From: a virus | Virus record (IMG/VR): IMGVR_UViG_3300005253_000015 | Coordinates: 1-64,000 of that record | Reading direction: 5' to 3' (one strand) | DNA: 64,000 bases | Shown: positions 31,685-42,599 of the stretch, one piece after another | How the letters are laid out: each line of letters starts with the position of its first letter | Numbering within the stretch: position 1 is the first letter of the stretch | Made by a program: the position numbers and the translations under genes | The notes under the pieces: model-generated | Database searches by the model: none | Told to the model about the DNA's origin: nothing | Seen by the model: only the letters and a program-made list of their open reading frames with translations

Positions 31685-32940
31685 TTAGTCTGTCTTACCA
31701 AACCAGTCTCCAACTGTTACTGGGAATCCCACATCTGATGGAAATTCCTTTTTATTATTACAAAGTATTTGTTTATCTTTCACTAATTCCTGTACCACAC
31801 ATACAATATCATTATCCATTTCCATTACTATACCACCATTCTGATATATATCTGTACTAATAGAATTACCTATACTAACCATATTTACTGGTGTGATAAC
31901 TGTAGGGTCAATATTCTCTTCCATATCATTGTCATACACTTCAACTCTCCATGTCCCATCAGCATTCAAATCAAGTGCTAATTTATATACTTCTAATCCA
32001 ACCATACCACCCCTTCTATTCCTCATTTCAACCATTCCCTCATTGTCGGTTCTTTACTACATACTGCTGCTGTTAAGACCTCATCACCCATAATCGTCTT
32101 TTCTAATTTACAATATCCATTTTTGTCATTATAATTAATAGCTAAGGTATTTTCTATTATACCAAATTCATCAACGTCATCCTCTCCTTTATCATAACTC
32201 CATAATGTTGTGCTTGTACTATCTTCAGCACGAATAGAATTAACTTGAAATCCATCTAAAGTAGAACCTTCATTAGTAGTATGATGTACCTCACAGAAGA
32301 ATATAGTTGAAGTTTCAGTTGGATAACATATTACCCGTGAAATCCTACTCCAAGTCTTTATAATCGTCTCTGTCATTCTTCTAGCCACTCTCCCATAGTT
32401 ATATGAGGTTTACATTCTATAATTTTAGTACCAATATTTAGCATATGTATTATTTTACACTCGGAATGCTTAGGAAAATCAACAACTATTTTATTTAAAT
32501 GCTTTATTTTTATGTCTGCTTTCTTCAAATCAAAATCAGAGACCCCCATTCTGTATTGAGCCAGCCCCTTATCATTCCGCATGGCGCAATCCCAAGCATT
32601 TGTATCACTATTATATTCACACTCAATTTTATCAACTCCCTTCATCGAACCACTCACCCATAGTCATTACATGTTTACAATGAAATATATCATTAGGAGT
32701 TTCTTGTGTCTCTCTCGTACATATAATATATTCGCCCTCTTTAATTGGTTTTACTTCTATTGCTTCATAGTCAGGGTATAATGTTGCACTTACATTATTA
32801 TTACCCTCAAAAATCACTTTCTTTATACCTCTATAACTCTTTCCGATTGAATGTAGCGTATCGAAAAAACATGTAAATCCCCCAGTATTTTCTGTCTTTA
32901 TACAATAAATCCGTGTTATTAACTCTTTTTTATATAACAT
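31685..32940 (-). other. tandem of four overlapping paralogous beta-rich genes (31685..32035, 32023..32388, 32373..32657, 32632..32940)
   Basis: Shared N-terminal V/I.(K/R)I.C...C pattern and C-terminal T-(M/V)-(G/R)-(E/D)-W motif. Confidence 0.55.
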
Positions 32941-33585
32941 TATTTTTTTTTCTTTTTTATTATATCACATTTATCCATTGTATCTCTTAAATCATTAAAG
33001 GCTTCTATAACTTTTTCTTTTCCACTTTTCTTAAGCCATAACCAATAAAGAGCCTTCTTTTCTACTTCATCAATACAATCTTTAAAATCTTTTTCACTCA
33101 TTCTAAACATCTCTTTTTTTAGTCTTTATCTAATGTAATTCTATATGCTGGAGCAAAATAATATATAAAATCCTCAATAGTACCACAAATTAGAACTTTC
33201 TTTTTACTATTATATTTATTTCCTATTATACAATGATAATCTGGGTCATTTCGTCTCTTAGTTTTAAAGCTAATATACGCATCTTTTCCACCAGTATTAA
33301 TGGCTTTCCCAAAAGTAATAGGTTCTTTCCCCACAAAAAGATTACATTTACCAGTTTTATCTAAAATATTGATATGGTCTATATTATCAATATCATATTC
33401 ATTAAATCTACCCCCACATCTCCAAGACTCGCCATTAAAAGCACAGTCCATCTTTACTTTATTAAGCATTTTTGGGTTATCAATACCCTTTTCTTCAGCA
33501 ACAAAGTTTATTAACTCCTTTAGATTACTAGGATCTCTCTCTTTCTTAATAGATTTAATTCTACCCTCTCTTGATTCTATATCTT

Positions 33586-33953
33586 TCATATCCTAAACAT
33601 CTCTTTTTTTAATTTATTTATTATCTCAAGAGTAGTGTCTTTTTTACCATACCCTTTATTTTTGGCTCTAACAGCAGCTTGAAGCCCAGACATAGACCCA
33701 TCTAAATATTTATGTAGAGTATAGGCTTTAATAATATCAAAAGTAGAATATTTACTGCCATATAAAAAAATCATTTGAATTAAGGCTTTTAGGTCATGCC
33801 CACCCATATCTCGATGTTTTTGCCTATATTTCTTAGCAAATCTATCCATAAATGCGTGAAGGTCATGTATGTAGAGAGCCGAAGGGACTATTCTATACCA
33901 CTAAAACCTAAAAGCATTGAGTTCATCAAATTATGAAGCGTACGGGAGGGCAT
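33586..33953 (-). CDS. His-motif (possible metal-binding) protein split by a 29-nt insertion (candidate BHB-like intron at 33867-33895)
   Basis: GGTGA RBS plus ATG at 33953 gives MPSRTLH...LLGFSG and then TAG; the second frame gives DLHAFMD...KHRDMGGHD; removing 29 nt joins them in frame. Confidence 0.5.
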
Positions 33954-34386
33954 ACTTTATTATCACCATTTCTATAAATAGTTATACTTTCTTTATTTAT
34001 ATTTTAGTTTTCTCTTATAAAAATATGACTGAACCTATAAAAACCAAATATAATAAAGAAGAGGGAGAATGTTTTACTCTCTAATCTCTTTTTTTTCCAA
34101 ATTCTACATATGCATCCCATTCAATATCAAGCTGGTTTATATCAAGAAAAAGCTTTTCTATAGATTTTGTTAGAGTAGATGTTAAATGACAATTATTATT
34201 AACAACATCAAAATAAAGGGTATTAGCCCTTATTTGTTTCTTTAGAGTATATAAATCCTCTCGTTCTCCAAGAGTAAAATCTAAGATAGAATTGCTTACA
34301 TTAGATAATTGTGTCCTTAATCCCATGATTGCTAATGTGCATAAGACCATCTTGTCCAGCTTCTTAACCATAGCATTATTACGCCT

Positions 34387-34755
34387 TTATTTTGCTATAT
34401 CTTCTGAGCCGTCTGTTGGAGTTGCTGAGACTTCTGTTGCTGATTCCTCTACAACTGCGACTAATTCTTCTGCTTCTACAACTACATCCTCTACCACAGC
34501 TATTACTGGAGCTGGGATTGGAAATAGTTCAGACCTACCAAAAAACAGAATAATTATCGAAGTTATAGCAATAACTAAAGCAGACCATACAAGCATGACA
34601 TATCCTTCATAAATAGGATTCCAGCCAAACGAATCTACAATCGTGGCAATTGGAAAATTACCAAAAATATAAACGAATAATGCTCCCATGATTGCTTTTA
34701 ATTTCGCAGCCTTATCTTCTCCAATTTTCGTAACTACATATGTATTTATTCCCAT
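34387..34755 (-). CDS. membrane protein with acidic tail
   Basis: Two hydrophobic segments; Glu/Ala/Val-rich C terminus. Confidence 0.55.
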   Translation of the reverse strand: MGINTYVVTKIGEDKAAKLKAIMGALFVYIFGNFPIATIVDSFGWNPIYEGYVMLVWSALVIAITSIIILFFGRSELFPIPAPVIAVVEDVVVEAEELVAVVEESATEVSATPTDGSEDIAK

Positions 34756-35522
34756 AATATTTACCTCTTATTCTTTATTTATTTTAGAACACATTTCTTA
34801 AATTTTTCATATGTGTCTGATTTTATTAAACATTGTCCATAATGCCCTAATAATGAAACATCTCCGTCTAACTGTGATAATGTTATTTCCATAGCTTCAG
34901 CTATATCTTTAAAACCCTTACTTAATTTATGTGCCTCTAATAATGATTCCACCATAATTTTTACCTCTTTTTACTTTTTTCTTCTATTTTTTTAATTATA
35001 TAAGTTACTATGATTGCTATAGTGGGTGCTATTACTCCACTTGCCACTATTCCTAACAAAATCGTTTTATGCTCTTTATCCATTATTTTATTTCATTACA
35101 ATTTAAATTACTGAATAATGCTGCTGCATCTTTTAGACGTTTTGACTTTATGATATATTCTCCTACAGCCTCTTTTCTAATCCCATCTCTTATACTCTTA
35201 AAACCCTCTACGATTTCATCTCTAACTAATCTGCATATATCAATTCTTATCACTGTTGGGATTTCCATTATTTCTTTCTCTCTTTAACCTTTTTTGCTAC
35301 GTATTTAACACCCTCAACGGCTATTGGAATAGCCACTAAAGGTAATATAAATGACACAAAACTCCAACCCTTCGGGCTATATTGTGTGATAAGATTTTTC
35401 CATTTATCAGCATAACTTTTAAAATAGTTTGGCATTTTTATATCAAAATACTTTTTATATAGAATAATATTCCCTTTTTTCTTTATTAAATTTGATGTTT
35501 CCTTTTTTAAATAATTATAGAC

Positions 35523-36164
35523 TTAATTAATCTTAGTATTGGGGTCACCAATAAGTTTTGTATGCTTAATATTCCACTCTGTACTTTTTGCGTACCAGTC
35601 ATAGTTACGATAACCAGACTTAGCTTTATATATATTAAGATATTTGGTAGCACGTTTAACAAATAAATTATATGCTTCCCCAAAGGTTTTACCGTCTAAT
35701 ATAGCTTTATCCTTGACGGTTGTATAATCTATCCACGATGATAAATAATTATACTCTTTTTCTGGAAATGCTGCATAGTATAATTCATCAGTTCCAATAT
35801 AGGCTTTAACACCTTTCTTAATAGCAGCAACACCAAGCTCCTTAAGTGATAGACATGCCATAGTGCTAACACCAGCCCCTTTTAATTTATGTATATTTTT
35901 AATATTAATTATTGACCTAATAGCATTGATACCAATTAATCTATTCTTTTCTCCATGACCATAATATATAATTAAATCATAACCCTTTTTTAGTGCTGTT
36001 TTCCAACTGAAAAAAGCTCGATTTGCTCCTAAACCCCATAGATAATCAATATCGAGGTCATATTTAGTTGCTGCATAGTTCATAAGCTCAGCAATTGCAA
36101 GATTTGATGTTATTGTAGGAATATCTTGAAGAGGACTGATAATAAGAATTTTAGCTTTATTCAT
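35523..36164 (-). CDS. clan CD (gingipain/C25/caspase-like) cysteine protease-fold protein
   Basis: LIIYYGHG and STMACLS His/Cys dyad motifs; G.KAYIG. Confidence 0.65.
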   Translation of the reverse strand: MNKAKILIISPLQDIPTITSNLAIAELMNYAATKYDLDIDYLWGLGANRAFFSWKTALKKGYDLIIYYGHGEKNRLIGINAIRSIINIKNIHKLKGAGVSTMACLSLKELGVAAIKKGVKAYIGTDELYYAAFPEKEYNYLSSWIDYTTVKDKAILDGKTFGEAYNLFVKRATKYLNIYKAKSGYRNYDWYAKSTEWNIKHTKLIGDPNTKIN

Positions 36165-36225
36165 TTTATAAAAAACCTTTTTACACTTATAATTCTAATA
36201 TTATCTTTATCATTATTAAATTATT

Positions 36226-36912
36226 ATGGAGTCATTAATCTGTACAGAATGTGATAAAACTTGTGGAAATAAAGGAGCATTATCAACTCATTTTAATTGG
36301 AATCATAATAAAGATTTCCAGAAAGTCACTAAGGAAAAACTTAAGGAAAGATACAAGCCTAAAAAGTATCATGATGAAGCTTGGTTAAAAGGTCAATATA
36401 TTGATAAGGAAAAAAGCTCTAATAAAATAGCTGAAGAATGTGGAGCACAGGCAAGTACAATTAAATATTGGTTAAAAAAATTCAATATTAGAACAAGGGA
36501 TTCAAGTGAAGCACTAAGTAAGTATAGAAAAGAGAATCCAATACCACACAACTATAATGGCGGAGTTCGACATCAAGGTGGTTATATTACACTACTAAGA
36601 CCAAACCACCCTAGAGTTAACAAAACAAAAATGCCTTATGTTCCAGAACATATATTAGTAATGGAGAAAGATTTAGGGCGATATATTAAATATTATGGAA
36701 AATGTCATAAGAATAATGAACAAGTACATCATATAAACGGAATTAAAACTGATAATAGAATAGAGAACCTTTTTCTATGTAAGAATAATAGTGTTCATTC
36801 TAAGATTGAAGGACAAATGAAGGCATTATTAGCTGAGATTTATAATTTAAAAAAACCAGTCATAGTTAATTTTAATAAAGAAAATGGCAAGTATCATTAT
36901 GAGTTATACTAA
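36226..36912 (+). CDS. HNH homing endonuclease with N-terminal C2H2 finger and HTH
   Basis: CTEC..H...H; YVPEHILVME...VHHINGIKTDNRIENL. Confidence 0.85.
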   Translation: MESLICTECDKTCGNKGALSTHFNWNHNKDFQKVTKEKLKERYKPKKYHDEAWLKGQYIDKEKSSNKIAEECGAQASTIKYWLKKFNIRTRDSSEALSKYRKENPIPHNYNGGVRHQGGYITLLRPNHPRVNKTKMPYVPEHILVMEKDLGRYIKYYGKCHKNNEQVHHINGIKTDNRIENLFLCKNNSVHSKIEGQMKALLAEIYNLKKPVIVNFNKENGKYHYELY

Positions 36913-37320
36913 GTCGGGATGTCTTGCAAAGGAGCAATTATTAATATTTTATTCTTTTTCATTTGGTATTTCTCCTGTCCAATAATCTTTATTCTTTTGA
37001 TATTTTATAATTATATCTACTTTATCAGTCCCAAACTCTTTACTCTTATCAGAAAGTATTTTCATATCTTCTTTATTTATTGACTTAAATAGTTTTTTTC
37101 CTAATTTCTTTGACATTTTATTCAAAATTTTATTAAATTTTTTCTTAGATAAGGGAGTATCAAGTGGCATATGCTTTTCAATATATTCATTAGCTTCATT
37201 CATTATCGCATCTTTATCTATATATTCACTAAAAACCTCTTTACGAAAAGCTCTTTCCAATCCTTTTCCTAACTGTCTGTTTACATTAGTCATAAGCTTT
37301 ATGTAATTTTATATTTTTTA

Positions 37321-37977
37321 TTATTTTATATCATCCAATCGTTTTATAACTTCATTTAGTTTTTCTTCACTTGCTCCTTTTTTCAGTAGGTTTTTCCATA
37401 AATCCCAGACATCACGCTTCTGTTCAGCAGGGGTAGGTTGTAGTTTTTTAGTAATTGGCTCTGGTTCTTGTGGTTCTATTTGTATATCTGTATCTTTTAA
37501 AATACGTATATGTGATGATGAAAGAAATTCATTTTTCCATTTTATATAACCTATACTGTCCTTCCCTCTCCATATAGCTTCGTTACCAGTCTCTTCCTCA
37601 TATAACTCTTCTAATGTTATTCTTGACCTTTTTCCAATGTTCCAATGACTTGGTGTTTCAGAATATGTTTTACAACTTGTATGGGGTAATGGTGTAAATA
37701 TTTTACCCGATTGGTTAATTCTACAGAATCCATATGTCGTTAATGCAGTATTAACAGAGTGTATTGATTTATTATATATAGAGGGGTTCATTACTTTTAC
37801 ATGATATGTCTTTGCATAAAGATTATTATTCCTATCAGGAAATTCGGTATATATACTACATTCATATATATAATCCTCTTCAGGAAATTTAGAGTCAGAA
37901 TTAGGATGAATTCTAAATGTATTTGTACATTCTATATTCTTTACATTCTTTATCCAATTAAAGTCTTCATCCATCAT
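37321..37977 (-). CDS. hypothetical protein; N terminus resembles the 31.7-33.6 kb paralog family
   Basis: VKNIEC....YEC pattern. Confidence 0.4.
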   Translation of the reverse strand: MMDEDFNWIKNVKNIECTNTFRIHPNSDSKFPEEDYIYECSIYTEFPDRNNNLYAKTYHVKVMNPSIYNKSIHSVNTALTTYGFCRINQSGKIFTPLPHTSCKTYSETPSHWNIGKRSRITLEELYEEETGNEAIWRGKDSIGYIKWKNEFLSSSHIRILKDTDIQIEPQEPEPITKKLQPTPAEQKRDVWDLWKNLLKKGASEEKLNEVIKRLDDIK

Positions 37978-38002
37978 TACATCAAGAACTATTTATATTA
38001 TT

Positions 38003-38497
38003 TTATGTGTAGGGACTCTGTATTTCGTGTAGTCGTCTCCATTCTTCTGGTGTATGTCTTTCGGGGGTTGGTCTGTCACATGTTAATGAGTCCAAATCAT
38101 CATCAAAAAGGCACATAAGACCTTTACCCTTCAATATTATTCTATCTTTTTTTATATTAGTTTGTTTTATACCTTTCCCTATGATTAAATCCTTAATAAA
38201 ATATTTTTCTGTTTTTGGTCTAAATTCTGCACCAGAATATTCGCCACTCATAAGAAGCTGTGGTTCATATTCTCTCTGTTTACCCCTACAACTCCGTGAT
38301 GCATGTGTAAACATATTTTTAATAATATTGGGTTGACCTCTAGTCCCACCAATCATTCTACCCCTTAGAAAGTCACCAATACATCTAGCGAACCAACCAA
38401 CATAAGCCCCAGAGGTTATATCACAACTATATGAGCCATCATTTTCTATTTTACAATCAATCTTTCTTACATCATCAGCTATTTCATCTTTAGCCAT
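38003..38497 (-). CDS. hypothetical protein combining the paralog-family N terminus with a Cys-paired basic insert
   Basis: VRKIDCKIENDGSYSC; RCIGDFLRG...FTHASRSC. Confidence 0.45.
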   Translation of the reverse strand: MAKDEIADDVRKIDCKIENDGSYSCDITSGAYVGWFARCIGDFLRGRMIGGTRGQPNIIKNMFTHASRSCRGKQREYEPQLLMSGEYSGAEFRPKTEKYFIKDLIIGKGIKQTNIKKDRIILKGKGLMCLFDDDLDSLTCDRPTPERHTPEEWRRLHEIQSPYT

Positions 38498-38515
38498 TTT
38501 TTTACCTTTTTTTGT

Positions 38516-38764
38516 TTAATCAAATGCTTTATGCAATTTTATATTAATAATTGAATTTCTGGATATATACGTTTTTTCTGTAAAAGGTCTAAAATCCTTA
38601 TGCCTAATTTTTATATTATATTTACCATCCACAATACCTTCAAACTCAGCAACCCCGTTAGTATCAGTATCGTCAACCCAGCTATTAGACATACTCTCTA
38701 TTCTGACCAACACAAATGGTATAGGAGCTCTACTGACCTTTTCTGTCAAAATTACTTTTAGCAT
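38516..38764 (-). CDS. carboxypeptidase-regulatory-like (prealbumin/Ig-like) domain protein
   Basis: PIP...V.I......TD.NG...F.....GKY.IKI.H. Confidence 0.6.
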   Translation of the reverse strand: MLKVILTEKVSRAPIPFVLVRIESMSNSWVDDTDTNGVAEFEGIVDGKYNIKIRHKDFRPFTEKTYISRNSIINIKLHKAFD

Positions 38765-39341
38765 ACTTATACTTCTACTTCCACTTTATTAAAGTTTATG
38801 ATGGTTCTTTATGAAACTATGTGTTTCCTATTAAGTCGGCATTATTATGATGTCAGTGTTAAGTATTAACTTAATATCGAAATAACGTGTTTTTGAGGTA
38901 GTATTTATATCGGCATTTATATGATTCATACTACTATTCTGTAATAACTATCAAAAATATCTCAAACAACTTTATTAACTACAATTAACATTTATCATAC
39001 AATACTATATTAAAAATAATTGGCACGTAATAAATGACTGAAAGAGTATCTGGGTACAAAAAGTATACTTGGGCTACAAGTCTCAATGTCCAAGAAAATG
39101 CGTACTTAGAACGTGTTATTGAACGTTTCTTCACTGAAGAAATTATTGAGGGTAAGAGTCGATATTCCTTAGTAAAATTCCTTACTGACCTTTGTTCTAA
39201 GGTTCTCTATGATGACTCTCTGATATTGTTTATCAATAGAACGTTATTATCAAAGAGTTATATACACAAAAAGGGAGATATGATAGAAGGAATCAATAAA
39301 ATGCTCGTTTACGCAATGAATTATATGCCAGAGGATAGTGA

Positions 39342-40643
39342 ATGGTAATGCCTATAGATTTTAAAGAGCTAAAGAAAAAACATAAAACAATACCTAAAGC
39401 AAAGAGACCACCAGAAAAAAAACCACCGCTTATTAAAACAGAACCAGAAGTGGATTCTGATGTTGATAATAGTGGGCAGAATTTGTTTCAAAAAAAACTT
39501 TTAATAAAACAGCTTTTTGATGAAAATCAAGACTTACCATTAGAAGAAATGTTAGTTCATTATATAACTCAAGGTGATGAAAAAAAAATGGGAAAAACAG
39601 TAAGTCCGTTAAAGGGCATCCGTGAAGGATTAGAAGATATGCTAAACATCCAACAATTAAAAGATTTATTAGGTGGGTTTAGAAATATGAAAAGTAGTAA
39701 TAATAAGAAAGCTGAAGATAATGAAGACGATGATTCGGGAAATAATATGATGTCTATGCTTCCATTGATACAACAAATGCAAGATAAAGGTGGAAACGGA
39801 AATGATGGTGGAATGTTTAGTGGAATCGACCCTACGATGTTAATGATGTTAATGAATTCGGGGAAAAAAAACAATAATAATTTAGGACAGTTATTCTTTA
39901 TGATGTCAATGGCTAAGATGCAAAATAACAATAATAACAACAATAATAACAATAATAACAAAGGAAATACCCAACAAAATAATAGTAATGTAAATAGTGA
40001 TGTTATAACTTCGCTCTATAAAGAATTACAAAATGTTATGAATCAACAAAATCAAAAACCACCTATAGACCCTATGACAATGCTAATGATGAACTCTATT
40101 AATAAATCTAATCAAGCACCACCACCTACTAATCAGAATTTCGAGGTTTTGTTAGATAAATTCAATACTATGATGAATAATAACCAATCTCAGCAAATGG
40201 CAATGATTATGCAGCAATCCAATGATAGATTTGAGAGGGGTATGGAGATGATTGCGGGTGCTCTTAATAGAGAAAGACCAGAGGAGAAGTTAATGGCAAA
40301 TTTTAATTTATTTAGAGAACTTGCTGGTGATAAACGTCAGAAAAGCGTTCAAGAAATGGAGTTTGATTTAAGGAAGCAGGAATTAACCCAAAAGGAGCAA
40401 GGTCGATTAGATTTATTAAACAGAGAAGAAAGAATTCAAGTACGAGAAGATACGAAATCGAGTCGTCTTATGGATACGGCAACGACAGTTCTGGATAAAA
40501 TATTCACTAATGGAGTTGGTAGTTTAGTTAAGGATGTTATGAGTGCCAAATCTGAAAGTGGTGGTAGTCCACGTAGAGGTAGAAAAGGCAAACACCAAGA
40601 ACCCGTAGAAGATTTTGACCCTAGTTATTTAGATGATTTATAA
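39342..40643 (+). CDS. low-complexity Met/Asn/Gln-rich protein with coiled-coil C terminus
   Basis: IDP.M+ motifs and a poly-Asn tract. Confidence 0.6.
   Translation: MVMPIDFKELKKKHKTIPKAKRPPEKKPPLIKTEPEVDSDVDNSGQNLFQKKLLIKQLFDENQDLPLEEMLVHYITQGDEKKMGKTVSPLKGIREGLEDMLNIQQLKDLLGGFRNMKSSNNKKAEDNEDDDSGNNMMSMLPLIQQMQDKGGNGNDGGMFSGIDPTMLMMLMNSGKKNNNNLGQLFFMMSMAKMQNNNNNNNNNNNNKGNTQQNNSNVNSDVITSLYKELQNVMNQQNQKPPIDPMTMLMMNSINKSNQAPPPTNQNFEVLLDKFNTMMNNNQSQQMAMIMQQSNDRFERGMEMIAGALNRERPEEKLMANFNLFRELAGDKRQKSVQEMEFDLRKQELTQKEQGRLDLLNREERIQVREDTKSSRLMDTATTVLDKIFTNGVGSLVKDVMSAKSESGGSPRRGRKGKHQEPVEDFDPSYLDDL
39925..39960 (+). repeat. (AAY)12 microsatellite encoding poly-Asn
   Basis: aataacaataataacaacaataataacaataataac. 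Confidence 0.8.
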
Positions 40644-40654
40644 GAGGCATAAAA

Positions 40655-41416
40655 ATGATTTCTACTAAAGAAAAGGGAGAGAGATTTAGAGGCTGGGTAT
40701 TGGGTATCATAAATGGTATTGATACTAAGATGTTAAAGCGTATGATAATAAAAAATGAGATACCTATATTATGGGAATATGAATTACCCAAATATTTAGG
40801 CTTTATGAAAATCTTAATTACTGAATATAAAGACCAAATAATAGAGCAATTAAAGTTTAGTGTTGTAATGGACTACGCTAAAGAATATCGCCCAGATTTA
40901 GCTAGGATTATAATACATCCCCAAGGTAAAAAGTGGATGGAACGCTTTCTTAGAATGATACGATTTCTCATTGAGAATTCACATTTAGAGAACTTTGAGA
41001 TTGCTGCTAAGTATAATGAAAGAATGCATGAAATTAAGGCACAACGGGCTAAACAAAAAGAAAATGTCCAACTTGAATTAGTAAGACAAGAGCAAGAACG
41101 TTTATATTATGAAAACGCACAAAAGGAGCAAGAGCATATAAATAAGGAAAATGAAAGAATGACACGACTAAGAATTAGAGAAGAGTTAAAAGAAGAGTTT
41201 AGACTTAAGAGAGAGGAAAAACGTAATGAAAGACGTAGACCAATAGAGTTTGCCGAAGAGAATAAACCTATATCAGAACCAGAAAGCGTAGAACTTGAGG
41301 AAGAGACTGTACCTTTAATAGAAGCAGAAGAAGTAGCCCTTGAAGAGGAAACTGTTTCAGACCCACTTGATGTTGATACTACTGTTGACCTTAAAAATAA
41401 GTATGATTTTCTATAA
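40655..41416 (+). CDS. hypothetical protein with charged coiled coil and acidic tail
   Basis: E/R/K-rich heptads. Confidence 0.55.
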   Translation: MISTKEKGERFRGWVLGIINGIDTKMLKRMIIKNEIPILWEYELPKYLGFMKILITEYKDQIIEQLKFSVVMDYAKEYRPDLARIIIHPQGKKWMERFLRMIRFLIENSHLENFEIAAKYNERMHEIKAQRAKQKENVQLELVRQEQERLYYENAQKEQEHINKENERMTRLRIREELKEEFRLKREEKRNERRRPIEFAEENKPISEPESVELEEETVPLIEAEEVALEEETVSDPLDVDTTVDLKNKYDFL

Positions 41417-41491
41417 ACAAACTTAAATATTTTTTATACTAATTTTATAATTTTTCACAATCCTTAAATGTATTACTACATATTAATATGT

Positions 41492-41632
41492 ATGGCTAAA
41501 TATAAACAAGTGACTTTAACTCTTAATGGTAAAATAGTTAAAGGTTTACAAGATAGGGGTTTTAATATCAGTAAATTAGTCCGTATATATTTAAAGAAGA
41601 GACTTGAGGATGAAGAAAAATTACAGAAGTAA
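41492..41632 (+). CDS. small ribbon-helix-helix protein (46 aa, not in the ORF track)
   Basis: MAKYKQVTLTL...GFNISKLVRIYL; leaderless after a TATA-like motif. Confidence 0.55.
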   Translation: MAKYKQVTLTLNGKIVKGLQDRGFNISKLVRIYLKKRLEDEEKLQK

Positions 41633-42159
41633 AACAATACCGTAATAAAGAATGGTTAGAAGACCAATATATTAACCAGAAAAAATCTAAGGATAAAATA
41701 GCTAAAGATATTGGAATATCAAATACAACAATCTCTAGATGGATGGGTATACATAATATTAAGTCGAGAAGTTGTTGGGCTCATTGGGTTGGAAAAATAG
41801 GAGCTGAAGCTAATAGTTGGAAAGGTGGTAGGATATATAAAAGAGGATATACTTTAATTATGAATAAAGGGCATCCAAGGGCAGACTCGAATGGATATGT
41901 ACTTGAGCATATATTAGTAATAGAGAAATATTTAGGGCATTATATTAAATATTATGGAATAAGGCATAAGGATAATGAAATTGTCCATCACTTAAATGGA
42001 ATTAGAAGTGATAATAGAATAGAGAATCTCATATTAACTGATAATTTATTAGAACATAATAAAATACATCATTCTTTAATAAAATGTGCTTATAGAAAAT
42101 TTGAAGATAATACCATAAAATTTAATTATAAAAAGAAGGAATATTATATTAATGAATAA
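41614..42159 (+). CDS. HNH homing endonuclease; the frame opens 43 codons before the first ATG
   Basis: QYRNKEWLEDQYI...IA..IG HTH upstream of 41743; YVLEHIL...VHHLNGIRSDNRIENL. Confidence 0.75.
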   Translation, partial: RKITEVKQYRNKEWLEDQYINQKKSKDKIAKDIGISNTTISRWMGIHNIKSRSCWAHWVGKIGAEANSWKGGRIYKRGYTLIMNKGHPRADSNGYVLEHILVIEKYLGHYIKYYGIRHKDNEIVHHLNGIRSDNRIENLILTDNLLEHNKIHHSLIKCAYRKFEDNTIKFNYKKKEYYINE

Positions 42160-42599
42160 AACAAATGTAATAGAAACTCCCGATTTTATTTATGTTATGA
42201 TAAATAATTTTCCCCCTTATAAAAAACCTATAGTTGTGGATAAAGAAAAGGGCATTATTAAGCACAGAGGTATAGATGGAGACTATATTAAGACTAATTA
42301 TGTAAAGTATCCAACCAAGCATTATACCAAAGAGTATGTTGAAAAATATATATCACCTCAATATGAGGACTGTCCCAAATGTAATATTGGTGAATTGATT
42401 ACAGATGATACAAAAAGTATGAATACTCTGTCATTTAAGAATAGTGCCCCTTTACTATTCTTTGTTGGAGCAATTGCAGTTCCCTTATTATATCGTTTTT
42501 TAAAAAGATAACACTATAAATATGAATAATCCTAAGTTTTAAATACTCGAAAACAAATAATAATTCATAATAAACATTTTATAAATTTGGTAAAAAAAT

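Noticed and set aside
33888-33910. Programmed -1 frameshift as the explanation for the split gene
   Set aside because: Slipping at the only slippery run (GGT TTT) lands on a TAG in the -1 frame.
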